In this document: positions 9,018-19,137 of the stretch, one piece after another
Layout: the number at the start of each line of letters is the position of its first letter
How positions within the stretch are numbered: the first letter of the stretch is position 1
Sequence record: NC_133119.1
Strand: one strand, 5' to 3'
Source: Escherichia phage EscoHU1
Length of the DNA: 64,000 nt
Program-made: the position numbers and the translations under genes
Notes under the pieces: generated by a model
Told to the model about the DNA's origin: nothing
Seen by the model: only the letters and a program-made list of their open reading frames with translations
The model's database searches: none

Positions 9018-9981
9018 TGTAAAAGACTTTATTAAACGTTGTCAAGAAGCGTACTACCAGGGAATGAGTCTTATTTCCGATGAAGAATATGATCGTCTGA
9101 TTAAAAGATTCCCACTAGAGGAAGAAATCGGACCGAAAGGTGATATCCCTCATTTGTATCGTATGTATTCTTTGCAGAAAGTCTATTACGATCGTGGTGA
9201 TAAAGCTCCATTCAACCCACTTGGTCAGGTTGAAACTGATAAGTTAGATGGTTGTGCGATTTCTCTATTATATATTAATGGTGAGTTTGTTCAAGCGTTA
9301 ACTCGTGGTAACGGTATTCTAGGGAATGATGTAACGCATAATGTTAAAATGCTGAACATCCCCAAAACTATTTCCCAAAAAGTACCAACTCAAATCACTG
9401 GTGAAGTTCTCATTACTAAAGAAGTAGAGAACAAACGTAACTATGCTTCTGGTGCTATTAACCTGAAAGATAGTGATGATTTCATGCAACGTATTGGTGA
9501 AGGTGGTTTAATCTTCGTTGCATATGGTATCCAGTGTTCAGCGGAAACAGTCGGTATTACAGAAGCCTATTTAAAAGATATGCTTTGGCTAGAGAATGAG
9601 AACTTCTTGACAGTTATTAATGTTCGTTCCTTCTTTAAATGGATTCCGACAGATGGTAAAGTTGTTCGCATTAACGACAACAATAAATTCTTCCGTGAAG
9701 GTTGGACTAATAAATTTCCTCGTGGTGCATTTGCTATTAAAGAGGATGAAGAAGGCGAAATTACCACACTTGTTAAAGTTGAATGGCAAGTAGGGGCTTC
9801 TGGTAAAGTAACTCCAGTTGGTTATTTCGAACCGGTGATTATTGATGATGCCACAATCGTTAAAGCAACTCTTAATAACGTTGATTATATTAACGCTCTC
9901 GATTTAGAGATCGGTTGCCAGATTCGAGTGATTCGTGCTGGTGGTGTAATCCCTTGTATAGTAGAGCGAGTATACGACTAA
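9007..9981 (+). CDS. NAD-dependent DNA ligase, N-terminal part (adenylation/OB region)
   Basis: 324 aa; adenylation motif KLDG (TDKLDGCAIS); ends before Zn-finger/HhH/BRCT part encoded by next ORF. Confidence 0.85.
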   Translation: MMNNVKDFIKRCQEAYYQGMSLISDEEYDRLIKRFPLEEEIGPKGDIPHLYRMYSLQKVYYDRGDKAPFNPLGQVETDKLDGCAISLLYINGEFVQALTRGNGILGNDVTHNVKMLNIPKTISQKVPTQITGEVLITKEVENKRNYASGAINLKDSDDFMQRIGEGGLIFVAYGIQCSAETVGITEAYLKDMLWLENENFLTVINVRSFFKWIPTDGKVVRINDNNKFFREGWTNKFPRGAFAIKEDEEGEITTLVKVEWQVGASGKVTPVGYFEPVIIDDATIVKATLNNVDYINALDLEIGCQIRVIRAGGVIPCIVERVYD

Positions 9982-10031
9982 TTCGTAACCCTTTGCTACC
10001 CGTTTACCATGTCGGAATTATAAAGTGGTTA

Positions 10032-10060
10032 TTGACATTTTCGCCGCTTAGGTATATACT
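10032..10060 (+). promoter_or_regulatory. sigma70-type promoter (TTGACA-17-TATACT) inside ligase spacer
   Basis: -35 10032-10037, -10 10055-10060. Confidence 0.5.
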
Positions 10061-10124
10061 ATTATCATTCAGTTGAGGGATAGAAAGTTATGGCGAGGGT
10101 AAGCAAAGTTAGTTAAAATTGTAG

Positions 10125-10153
10125 TTGCTAAATGCTTAAATACTTGCTATAAT
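10125..10153 (+). promoter_or_regulatory. sigma70-type early promoter (TTGCTA-17-TATAAT)
   Basis: -35 10125-10130, -10 10148-10153, downstream TATATAAATTGATAAGGAAG leader. Confidence 0.65.
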
Positions 10154-10183
10154 ATTTATATAAATTGATAAGGAAGAAATTTG

Positions 10184-10963
10184 ATGAAAATCGAAATTCC
10201 AACACAATGTCCCTCTTGTGGTTCTAAGCTAGATCTTGTCAACGGGCAATTATTCTGTAGGAATAAGTCCAACTGTCCAGCGCAATCAAGTAAGTTAATC
10301 GAGAACTTCTGCACAAAAATGAAGTTAAAGGGCTTTGGCCCGAAAACTATTGAGAAGCTGGAACTGACTAAGATCTCAGAACTGTTTTACCTGACCGAAG
10401 AAGATTTGGTCGGAGCTGTGGGTAGCAAGGTTGCCGCTAAGTTGATTAGCGAGTTAAATACTAAGGTTCGCGGAGACATTGACTTTGGTTCGGTTCTCGG
10501 TTCTTTAGGAATTCCTCTTATTGGAGAGGTTGCAGCAAAGAAACTGTCCCAAAATTGCACTAGCTTCCACGATGTGAAGGCTGACGGCAAGGCTGGAGAA
10601 AATTACAAAACCTGGCTAAATTCCCCACAAGGCAAGGATGTTATTGAATTACCATGGAAATTCTCAACTGGTATTCGAGGTACTAAAGCTGATATCATCA
10701 TTACGGATGATTTAGTTGCCCAGCCAAATGGAATCACGATCTGTATTACCGGATCTTTGCAAGATTTTGCAAATCGAACGGATGCAACAAACTATTTAGA
10801 AAGTCTAGGATATACGGTTAAGAAATCCGTTACCAAAGACGTCAAATACCTAATCTGTGAGGATGAATCAAAACGTTCTTCCTCATCTTATAAGAAAGCC
10901 GAAACGAATGGGATAGAAATCCTGTCGATTAAAGAACTATTGGAGAAAAATAATAATGTCTAA
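10184..10963 (+). CDS. NAD-dependent DNA ligase, C-terminal part (Zn finger, HhH, BRCT-like)
   Basis: CPSCGSKLDL...CRNKSNCPAQ zinc-finger motif; ATG 10184 with AAGGAAG RBS. Confidence 0.8.
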   Translation: MKIEIPTQCPSCGSKLDLVNGQLFCRNKSNCPAQSSKLIENFCTKMKLKGFGPKTIEKLELTKISELFYLTEEDLVGAVGSKVAAKLISELNTKVRGDIDFGSVLGSLGIPLIGEVAAKKLSQNCTSFHDVKADGKAGENYKTWLNSPQGKDVIELPWKFSTGIRGTKADIIITDDLVAQPNGITICITGSLQDFANRTDATNYLESLGYTVKKSVTKDVKYLICEDESKRSSSSYKKAETNGIEILSIKELLEKNNNV

Positions 10964-11723
10964 ACTGAACTGGAACGTAGAAGGTGTAACCGAGTCTCTG
11001 AAAGCAAAAGCCACTGCTCTGGGTGTTGCTGTAATCTCTCAAGAACAAGTAGCTGCTATCGCTGCTGAACTGGCTACCGAGACTGGTAAAGACGTTACCG
11101 CTCGCTCTGTTGGCTCTAAGCTGCGTAAAGAAGGTTTCGAAGTACAGAAAGCTAACGAAGTACAGAAATCCCCGTGGACTCCTGAGCAGGAAGCTGAACT
11201 AGTTGATTTCCTGAACGCTCATGCTGGTCAGTATACTTACGCTGAAATCGCTGCTGCTGTAGCTGGTGGTCAGTTCGGTGCTAAGCAGGTACAGGGTAAG
11301 ATCCTGAGTCTGGAAATGACCACTTCTGTTAAGCCAACTGAAAAAGCTGCTGCTGTTCGTTCCTTCACTCCGGACGAAGAAACTGACTTCGTTAATCAGG
11401 TTGTTGCTGGTGCTACTATTGAAGCTATCGCTGCTCACTTCGGTCGCAATATTAAGCAGATCCGTGGTAAAGCTCTGAGCCTGCTTCGTGAAGGTCGTAT
11501 CGCTGCTATGCCGGTACAGGAAACTTCAAGTGCTAAAACTCGTGAAGATCTGTTAGAAGGTCTGGATCTGGCTAACATGACTGTTGCTGAGATCGCTGAG
11601 AAAACTGGTAAGTCTGAGCGCGGTGTTAAGTCTATGCTGTCTCGTCGTGGTCTGGTTGCTAAGGACTATGATGGTGCCGCTAAGCGTGCTAAACTGGATG
11701 CAAAAGCTGCGGCTGCTGAATAA
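10956..11723 (+). CDS. hypothetical abundant protein with internal repeats (possible DNA-binding protein)
   Basis: 255 aa; about five copies of a K/R-x-x-G-K-x-L-S-L-like motif; strongly biased codon usage. Confidence 0.65.
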   Translation: MSKLNWNVEGVTESLKAKATALGVAVISQEQVAAIAAELATETGKDVTARSVGSKLRKEGFEVQKANEVQKSPWTPEQEAELVDFLNAHAGQYTYAEIAAAVAGGQFGAKQVQGKILSLEMTTSVKPTEKAAAVRSFTPDEETDFVNQVVAGATIEAIAAHFGRNIKQIRGKALSLLREGRIAAMPVQETSSAKTREDLLEGLDLANMTVAEIAEKTGKSERGVKSMLSRRGLVAKDYDGAAKRAKLDAKAAAAE

Positions 11724-11740
11724 TCTGGTAAATTAAACCT

Positions 11741-11775
11741 AAGGGGAGGGGGCTATGCTCCTTCCCCTTTTTGCA
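11741..11775 (+). terminator. rho-independent terminator
   Basis: GC-rich hairpin AAGGGGAGG...CCTTCCCC followed by TTTTT. Confidence 0.55.
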
Positions 11776-11805
11776 TTTAGAAGGCACGAAAGCGTGCAAA
11801 GGAGA

Positions 11806-13278
11806 ATGACCTTGTTTAACGTGCAAGCTGTAGTGTTGAAGATGCTTCTCGCTTCTGAACAGAAGCAAATAGCATTGGAAACATTCTCAAAACTGCATAA
11901 AGATCATTTTAATGACGCTTTCTCCTCAATTTACCAAGCCGTCCAGAATTATTATAAGAAATATAACGCAATGCCGTCCATTGACGCACTGATGCTTGAG
12001 GCCAATAGGAACGCCCGCCTTTCTCAAGCTCTTGTCGTCTTAGCTAACACTCAAATTCCAGAAGTGAGCATGGAACAGGCGCTTGAAGTCCTAGAAGCCG
12101 AATATACACAGGATCTATTCCTGAAACTTCTAGAAACAGACGTGCTTCAAGATTTAACAATGCTGGATCAGGGAGAAATTCTCAACCGAGTTGCCTCCCT
12201 TCACTTAAAATTAGAAGAGAAAGTAACGAATACTGGAAAGGTATTCAACGCAGACACAATGCGTATTTTCCAGAGAGAAGAAGATACCAAACTGAACTTG
12301 ATCGCTCTTGGTATTTGTAATGAGTTCGACGCTCAAATTGGTTTAGCTCGCACAGAAACGTTACTGCTTGGTGGTTGGCGTGGTACTGGTAAATCCATTA
12401 TCTGTTCAAACATACAGGTTCAGCAATATTTGAATGGAGACATTGCTCCATACTTCTCAATTGAGATGAAAGAGCACGAAGTGTTTAGACGTAATCTGGC
12501 TATGTTAGCTGGAGTATCTGCATTAGCAATGCGTAATAACACTCTTGAAGGTGCTGCTCTGTTGAGATTAGCCAGAACTAGGGCTAGGATGTTTAATGGG
12601 GGTGAAGAGCTTTTCGATAACTTCGTTAAGCAATACACTATGGCTAAAATGAGTGACTTCTATGATATGGAAAGTAAACTCCTTGAAGGCTATGAGCTTC
12701 ACACTCCTATGATCATCGTTTACGATCCTGAACTGTCTATTACGACGGTTGACGTAGAATTAAATAAACTAGTTGCTAAATATGGTGATAAGGTTACTGT
12801 AGCTCTTCTAGACTATATTAACCAAACAAGACTTCCAGATTCAAAGACCATTGATATGTATGACTGGAAAGAACAGATGGTTGTTAGTTCATCTTTCAAA
12901 TCTATCTGCCAGAAACATAACGTGGCTGGTGTTGCCCCTTACCAGATTGACCAAGATGGTAGAACGCGTATGTCTAAAGGGATTCTTGATTCCGCAGATA
13001 TGGCTGCTAATCTTAATGCTGCAAAAGCTGATAACGGTCAAGGTGCTATTATGTTTGACTTCGTTAAGACTCGTTCCTCTGATAGCGTGAAGTTTATGCC
13101 TAAGATGAACTGGGAAACTCTGCGAATGGATAACACTACCAACCTAGCAATGGAAGATATTGCGCAAATGGAAGCTGAGTTCGTTATTCCGATTGAAAAG
13201 GATAAACCAGCTCAACCTAAACGTGCTAAGAAAGACAAAGCTGAAAATTCAACAGGTGAACAGGCCAGCGATATATGA
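11806..13278 (+). CDS. DnaB-like replicative helicase
   Basis: Walker A GGWRGTGKS; ORF-track ATG at 11755 lies in the terminator loop, so start moved to ATG 11806. Confidence 0.75.
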   Translation: MTLFNVQAVVLKMLLASEQKQIALETFSKLHKDHFNDAFSSIYQAVQNYYKKYNAMPSIDALMLEANRNARLSQALVVLANTQIPEVSMEQALEVLEAEYTQDLFLKLLETDVLQDLTMLDQGEILNRVASLHLKLEEKVTNTGKVFNADTMRIFQREEDTKLNLIALGICNEFDAQIGLARTETLLLGGWRGTGKSIICSNIQVQQYLNGDIAPYFSIEMKEHEVFRRNLAMLAGVSALAMRNNTLEGAALLRLARTRARMFNGGEELFDNFVKQYTMAKMSDFYDMESKLLEGYELHTPMIIVYDPELSITTVDVELNKLVAKYGDKVTVALLDYINQTRLPDSKTIDMYDWKEQMVVSSSFKSICQKHNVAGVAPYQIDQDGRTRMSKGILDSADMAANLNAAKADNGQGAIMFDFVKTRSSDSVKFMPKMNWETLRMDNTTNLAMEDIAQMEAEFVIPIEKDKPAQPKRAKKDKAENSTGEQASDI

Positions 13279-14165
13279 GTAGAATAACAGAACTACTTGA
13301 TCTGAAAGGCATTGAATACAAAGACACAGGTGGGGACATCCTCATCTGTTGTCTCAATCCAGATCATGATGATAAACATCCAAGCTTGCGTATTGATCCT
13401 GAATCAGGTATTATGCATTGCTTGAGCTGTGGCTTCGGTAGAGGAATACCGAGCATTTACCATTATTTTAATGAGACTCAGTACAGACAGTCACCAAGAT
13501 TGTCACAAGTACGTAAAAAGATTTCAGAGATTAGGAATGGATCTACGAATCTTGCAATTCCTGAATCTGCTTACCTTTTCGAAGGTGATTTCCGAGGTAT
13601 CAGTTCTAAGACCTTGAAGAAATATTTTGCTTTCCAACATCAAGCAGACTGGGAAGGCAGAATTGTATTCCCAATAACAGATGCTGTTGGACGCAATATC
13701 CTATTTCTGGGACGTTCTATAAACAGTTCTGCCCCTCCTAAATACTTAGTAAAACCAAAACAAGTTTCACCACCGATTTTCCCTGTACGATATAATACAC
13801 CAGTTCTTGTTCTAGTTGAAGGTATCTTTGATATGTTAAATCTAGAAGATAACGGTGTGGATTATGCTTCTTGCTGCTTTGGTACACATCAGTTTACATC
13901 TGATAACATTGCTGATAAGTTCAGTCCTTACATTATTGCTGGAGTAAGAGTAGTTGTTATCTTGCTAGATAATGATGCCTCTGGTAATAAAGCTGCCCAA
14001 GCACTAGCGAAGCTAATTCGTACAAAAACACGTTTAACACCTGTAGTTGGTAACTTCCTTCTTCCAGAAGGCAAAGACCCAGGTGACTTAAATAAAGAAG
14101 AGATCGATATGTTGGCTCAACGTATTGAAATTTTAGTTGCCGAATCGCTCAAAGATTTGGTATAA
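13275..14165 (+). CDS. DnaG-like DNA primase (zinc-binding + TOPRIM)
   Basis: CCLNPDHDDKHPS...HCLSCG zinc motif; TOPRIM-like VLVEGIFDM and ILLDNDASG; start overlaps helicase stop. Confidence 0.8.
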   Translation: MSRITELLDLKGIEYKDTGGDILICCLNPDHDDKHPSLRIDPESGIMHCLSCGFGRGIPSIYHYFNETQYRQSPRLSQVRKKISEIRNGSTNLAIPESAYLFEGDFRGISSKTLKKYFAFQHQADWEGRIVFPITDAVGRNILFLGRSINSSAPPKYLVKPKQVSPPIFPVRYNTPVLVLVEGIFDMLNLEDNGVDYASCCFGTHQFTSDNIADKFSPYIIAGVRVVVILLDNDASGNKAAQALAKLIRTKTRLTPVVGNFLLPEGKDPGDLNKEEIDMLAQRIEILVAESLKDLV

Positions 14166-14227
14166 TATATTGGTAAGTTAGAGAAGAAACACTGAAGTTA
14201 TACTTACTTACCAAAAGGAGACTAAAT

Positions 14228-16795
14228 TTGAAAATTGCAGTAGTTGATAAAGCTCTAAATAACACTCGTTATGATAAACACTTCCAGCTCTATGGTGAGG
14301 AAGTCGATGTATTCCACATGTGTAACGAGAAGTTATCTGGCCGTTTGCTGAAAAAGCATATTACAATCGGAACTCCAGATAACCCGTTCGATCCGAACGA
14401 TTACGATTTTGTTGTGCTAGTTGGTGCTGAACCTTTCCTGTATTTCGCAGGTAAGAAAGGTATTGGTGATTATACTGGTAAACGTGTAGAGCATGGCGGC
14501 TATGCCAACTGGATTGCAAGTATTAGTCCAGCTCAGTTACACTTTAAACCTGAAATGAAACCAGTTTTCGATGCAACTGTAGAAAGTATTCACGATATTA
14601 TTAATGGTCGTGAGAAGATTGCAAAAGCTGGTGATTATCGTCCCATTACTGATCCAGATGAAGCGGAAGAATACATTAAGATGGTGTATAACATGGTTAT
14701 CGGACCTATCGCATTCGACTCCGAAACCTCAGCTTTATACGCTCGTGATGGTTATCTGCTTGGTGTTTCTATGTCTCACCAAGAGTATCAGGGTGTTTAT
14801 ATTGACTCTGACAGCATCACCGAAGTAGCTGTACATTATCTCCAGAAAATTCTGGATAGCAAGAATCATCAGATCGTTTTCCATAACTTGAAGTTCGATA
14901 TGCACTTTTACTCCTATCATCTAGGACTCTCCTTTGAGAAAGCACATAAAGAGCGTAGACTTCATGATACCATGTTACAACACTATGTTCTCGATGAACG
15001 TCGTGGTACTCACGGCTTGAAATCTCTGGCTATGAAGTATACTGACATGGGCGATTACGACTTTGAACTGGATAAGTTCAAGGATGATTATTGCAAGGCA
15101 CATAAGATCAAAAAAGAGGATTTCAGCTATGATCTGATTCCATTTGATATTATGTGGCCATATGCTGCAAAGGATACCGATGCTACTCTGCGTCTGCATA
15201 ACTTCTTCTTATCGAAAATTGAGAAGAATGAAAAACTTTGCAGTCTATACTATGATGTTCTAATGCCTGGTTGTGTATTCCTGCAACGTGTTGAAGATCG
15301 TGGTGTACCGATTTCTGTTGATCGCTTGAAAGAAGCTCAGTATCAATTAACTCATAACCTGAACAAGGCTCGTGAGAAGCTGTATACTTATCCAGAAGTC
15401 GTTCAGCTAGAGAAAGATCAGAATGAAGCGTTTAACCCGAACTCTGTTAAGCAACTTCGTGTTCTTCTGTTTGATTATGTTGGTTTGACTCCAACAGGTA
15501 AACTGACGGATACAGGTGCAGATTCTACAAACGCAGAAGCTCTGAACGAACTAGCTACTCAGCACCCGATTGCTAAAACTCTGCTAGAGATTCGTAAGCT
15601 GACTAAGCTGATCTCTACTTATGTTGAGAAGATTCTTCTGAGCATCGATGCAGATGGTTGCATTCGTACTGGCTTCCACGAACACATGACTACTTCTGGT
15701 CGTCTGAGTTCTTCTGGTAAGCTGAACCTGCAACAGTTACCACGTGATGAATCTATTATCAAGGGTTGTGTAGTAGCTCCTCCTGGATATCGTGTAATCG
15801 CATGGGACTTAACAACTGCGGAAGTTTATTACGCTGCTGTACTGTCTGGTGACAGAAACATGCAACAAGTATTTATCAACATGAAGAATGAGCCGGATAA
15901 ATACCCTGACTTCCACTCAAACATCGCACACATGGTATTTAAACTGACCTGTGAACCACGTGATGTTAAAAAGCTGTTCCCAGCTCTGCGTCAGGCTGCT
16001 AAGGCAATTACCTTCGGTATTCTGTATGGTTCTGGCCCAGCGAAAGTAGCTCATTCTGTTAACGAAGCTCTTCTGGAACAGGCTGCTAAGACAGGCGAAC
16101 CGTTTGTTGAATGTACCGTTGCAGATGCTAAGGACTATATCGAAACTTACTTCGGTCAGTTCCCTCAGCTTAAGCGTTGGATTGATAAGTGCCACGATCA
16201 GATCAAGAACTTTGGATTCATCTATAGTCACTTTGGTCGTAAGCGTCGTCTGCACAACATCCATTCCGAAGATCGTGGTGTTCAGGGTGAAGAAATCCGT
16301 TCTGGATTTAACGCAATCATTCAGTCTGCATCTTCTGATAGCCTGTTGTTAGGTGCTATTGATGCTGATGAAGAAATCCTGTCACTGGGTCTAGGAAAAG
16401 AGATGAAGATCGTCATGTTGGTTCACGACTCCGTGGTTGCCATTGTACGTGAAGATCTGATCGATCAGTATAACGAGATTCTGATTCGTAGCATCCAGAA
16501 GGATCGTGGTATTAGTATCCCTGGCTGCCCAATCGGTATTGATTCTGATTCTGAGAAAGGTGGTTCTCGTGACTACTCTTGTGGTAAGATGAAGAAACAG
16601 CACCCATCAATCGCTTGTATTGATGATGATGAGTATACTCGTTATGTTAAGGGTGTATTACTCGATGCAGATTTCGAGTATAAGAAGTTAGCTGCAATGG
16701 ATAAAGAGCATCCAGACCACAGCAAGTACAAGGATGATAAGTTTATTGCTGTATGTAAAGATCTGGATAATGTGAAAAGGATTTTAGGTGCTTGA
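14228..16795 (+). CDS. family A DNA polymerase with 3'-5' exonuclease domain
   Basis: 855 aa; exo motif FDSETSALY; Pol A motif B RQAAKAITFGILYGSG; TTG start after AAGGAGA RBS. Confidence 0.9.
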   Translation: MKIAVVDKALNNTRYDKHFQLYGEEVDVFHMCNEKLSGRLLKKHITIGTPDNPFDPNDYDFVVLVGAEPFLYFAGKKGIGDYTGKRVEHGGYANWIASISPAQLHFKPEMKPVFDATVESIHDIINGREKIAKAGDYRPITDPDEAEEYIKMVYNMVIGPIAFDSETSALYARDGYLLGVSMSHQEYQGVYIDSDSITEVAVHYLQKILDSKNHQIVFHNLKFDMHFYSYHLGLSFEKAHKERRLHDTMLQHYVLDERRGTHGLKSLAMKYTDMGDYDFELDKFKDDYCKAHKIKKEDFSYDLIPFDIMWPYAAKDTDATLRLHNFFLSKIEKNEKLCSLYYDVLMPGCVFLQRVEDRGVPISVDRLKEAQYQLTHNLNKAREKLYTYPEVVQLEKDQNEAFNPNSVKQLRVLLFDYVGLTPTGKLTDTGADSTNAEALNELATQHPIAKTLLEIRKLTKLISTYVEKILLSIDADGCIRTGFHEHMTTSGRLSSSGKLNLQQLPRDESIIKGCVVAPPGYRVIAWDLTTAEVYYAAVLSGDRNMQQVFINMKNEPDKYPDFHSNIAHMVFKLTCEPRDVKKLFPALRQAAKAITFGILYGSGPAKVAHSVNEALLEQAAKTGEPFVECTVADAKDYIETYFGQFPQLKRWIDKCHDQIKNFGFIYSHFGRKRRLHNIHSEDRGVQGEEIRSGFNAIIQSASSDSLLLGAIDADEEILSLGLGKEMKIVMLVHDSVVAIVREDLIDQYNEILIRSIQKDRGISIPGCPIGIDSDSEKGGSRDYSCGKMKKQHPSIACIDDDEYTRYVKGVLLDADFEYKKLAAMDKEHPDHSKYKDDKFIAVCKDLDNVKRILGA

Positions 16796-17285
16796 TTTCA
16801 AATTGCCCGTATATGCTTTACGGGCGTTTGTATCAATTGAGCAGGAAGGTGATTATTCCATAATTACAACAAGGTATAATAAATATGTGTTAGATAACAG
16901 GGAGTTGCCTGGCACATTCTCTCAACGTAGGTTAGCCTTATTTGAGAAGCGGAAAGAATTACCTTATAAGCTCTATCCTATTCGTGGTAGAATATCAATG
17001 TTGTCCCAATTAGTTGGGTCAAAGCGTAGCCAGTTCATAGATTCTGATGGAAATCTCATTAACTGGAAGAAAACTACGTTCTATGATGTTATCACATCTA
17101 AAGTTCTGCATTCTGCAAGAATTTATAATGGAAAGTATCAATGCTATGTGGCTAAAGTCCCGTATCCATTCGTGCTATCCTATGTTCCAGCTTATATAAG
17201 CTATATTCTGGTAAATAATAGCCCTGTTATTTATCAAGTCCATCAAGAGGAGCCTGAAATTCCTAGACTTAGAATAAAATTATGA
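16788..17285 (+). CDS. doubtful ORF / hypothetical protein
   Basis: 165-aa ORF-track ORF; GTG start lies inside polymerase and its hairpin; AT-rich; no motif. Confidence 0.25.
   Translation: MLDFKLPVYALRAFVSIEQEGDYSIITTRYNKYVLDNRELPGTFSQRRLALFEKRKELPYKLYPIRGRISMLSQLVGSKRSQFIDSDGNLINWKKTTFYDVITSKVLHSARIYNGKYQCYVAKVPYPFVLSYVPAYISYILVNNSPVIYQVHQEEPEIPRLRIKL
16803..16830 (+). terminator. terminator-like hairpin after polymerase gene
   Basis: GCCCGTA-TATGCTT-TACGGGC followed by GTTTGTAT. Confidence 0.45.
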
Positions 17286-18634
17286 AGGTTGTTATATCTA
17301 ATAAAGCCTATTTCAAGCCCGATGATGAACTCTGGGATTACTGTAGTAAACAAACCACTTATCACATCGAGACAATGACTAGTAAATACCCTATTATGTA
17401 TAAGAATAGTGGTGTTGTTGCTAAAGAGATTAAGTGGATTCCCATTACGCGTCTAGATTTACTAGATGCTAAGGGAGTAAAATACGAATTAGTTGACAAA
17501 CGCACGTTAGCTCCGGTAGAAATACCAGAACCTCAGTTCAAGCTACGTGAGGAAGATCAGCTTCCTATATATGAAGAGTGCGATGATACTTGTATTATCA
17601 ATGGTAAGCCTGGATTTGGTAAAACTATCCTAGCTCTAGCTCTTGCATATAAGTTTGGCCAGAAAACTCTGGTAATCTGCACTAACACATCCATTCGTGA
17701 AATGTGGGCTGCAGAAGTTCGTAAATGGTTTGGATTCGAGCCGGGTATTATAGGTTCTGGAAAGTATAACATTGATCCACCAATCGTGGTCAGTAATATA
17801 CAAACAGTGAACAAACATGCGAATAATCTTTCTAAGGTATTCGGTACTGTTATAGTTGATGAAGTTCACCACTGTGTAGCTACAACTTTCACTAATTTCC
17901 TAGAGATCTCATGTGCTCGCTACAAGATCGGTCTATCAGGTACATTAAAACGTAAAGATGGGCTACAAGTTATGTTCAAAGACTTCTTTGGATATAAGAT
18001 CTTTAGTCCTCCGGTTAATAATACTGTTCCACCCACAATCCATAGGTACTCCGTGCCTGTAGAATTATCAGGAAACCAGAACGTACCGTGGGCACTACGT
18101 GCTAATGATGTATATAATCATCCTGAATATCGGGAAACTATTATAAACCTAGCACATTTATATGTGTCTATGGGGCATAAGGTTCTCTTTGTAAGTGATA
18201 GGACGGAACTAATCCAAACAATATTAGAAGCTCTCGCACAACGTGGTGTTACAACCTATGAGATTATAGGTGCAACTCCTTTGGATGACCGATTGAGAAT
18301 CCAGAAAGATGTAGCGGAGGGCGGACCCTGTGTGCTTGCAGCAGCTCAGAGTATCTTCTCAGAAGGTATTTCTCTTAACGAGCTGTCTTGTTTAATAATG
18401 GGAAGTCTCATTAATAATGAATCTCTCATAGAACAGTTAGCAGGCCGCGTTCAACGTATTGTTGACGGAAAGCTAGATCCGATTGTTGTAGATTTAATTA
18501 TGAAAGGAGGTACTGGTTTAAGACAGGCTTCTGGACGTATGGCCGTGTATCGCAATAATGCGTGGAAAACTATTACTATGACTCCGGAGAAAGCAGTACA
18601 ATTAGCTAAAATTGCATTTGGCAACTGCTCATAA
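17282..18634 (+). CDS. SF2 ATP-dependent DNA helicase (T5 D10-like)
   Basis: 450 aa; Walker A GKPGFGKT; DExH box VDEVHH. Confidence 0.8.
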   Translation: MKVVISNKAYFKPDDELWDYCSKQTTYHIETMTSKYPIMYKNSGVVAKEIKWIPITRLDLLDAKGVKYELVDKRTLAPVEIPEPQFKLREEDQLPIYEECDDTCIINGKPGFGKTILALALAYKFGQKTLVICTNTSIREMWAAEVRKWFGFEPGIIGSGKYNIDPPIVVSNIQTVNKHANNLSKVFGTVIVDEVHHCVATTFTNFLEISCARYKIGLSGTLKRKDGLQVMFKDFFGYKIFSPPVNNTVPPTIHRYSVPVELSGNQNVPWALRANDVYNHPEYRETIINLAHLYVSMGHKVLFVSDRTELIQTILEALAQRGVTTYEIIGATPLDDRLRIQKDVAEGGPCVLAAAQSIFSEGISLNELSCLIMGSLINNESLIEQLAGRVQRIVDGKLDPIVVDLIMKGGTGLRQASGRMAVYRNNAWKTITMTPEKAVQLAKIAFGNCS

Positions 18635-18646
18635 TTATTGTATAAT
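18618..18646 (+). promoter_or_regulatory. sigma70-type promoter (TTGGCA-17-TATAAT)
   Basis: -35 18618-18623, -10 18641-18646, downstream ACATAAATTTGAGAGAG. Confidence 0.5.
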
Positions 18647-18717
18647 ATACACATAAATTTGAGAGAGAAAGTTTCGGATTGATAAGAAAGTCCGAAGCAG
18701 AAAAATAAAAATTGTAC

Positions 18718-18747
18718 TTGTCAAATCCTCCCGATTTAATGTATAAT
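18718..18747 (+). promoter_or_regulatory. sigma70-type early promoter (TTGTCA-18-TATAAT)
   Basis: -35 18718-18723, -10 18742-18747, downstream ACATAAATTGATGAGAGAC. Confidence 0.6.
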
Positions 18748-18774
18748 ATATACATAAATTGATGAGAGACAAAA

Positions 18775-19137
18775 ATGAAATTCTTTGATTACGAGAGAAT
18801 TTACCTCTTAGCTAGAGGAAACTCCGACCTGATTGTCAAGCTATTTAATAGAATGCTTGCAGAGCCTGATGCTCACCAGTTACTGGTCGGTTCTTCATTC
18901 ATCTTGAATGAATCAACTATTGTTGATAACCCTTACAAATTGTCTAATAGACAACTGGCAGAATATCTAGGAATTCTAAGTCTACGAAATTATGCCGAAT
19001 ATAAGTTTACAAACGATCCGAGTTTGGACATGCAATATGTCCCCATATGGATACCACGTTCTGTAATCGACACTAACCCACTAATTGCAATCAATAAATC
19101 GAAGATAATCTTTAAAGAGGAAATAAAATATGGCTAA
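18775..19137 (+). CDS. hypothetical protein
   Basis: 120 aa ORF downstream of tandem promoters. Confidence 0.55.
   Translation: MKFFDYERIYLLARGNSDLIVKLFNRMLAEPDAHQLLVGSSFILNESTIVDNPYKLSNRQLAEYLGILSLRNYAEYKFTNDPSLDMQYVPIWIPRSVIDTNPLIAINKSKIIFKEEIKYG

Noticed and set aside
11755-11805. ORF-track start codon ATG at 11755 for the DnaB-like helicase
   Set aside because: The ATG sits in the loop of the upstream terminator hairpin; the downstream ATG at 11806 is more plausible.
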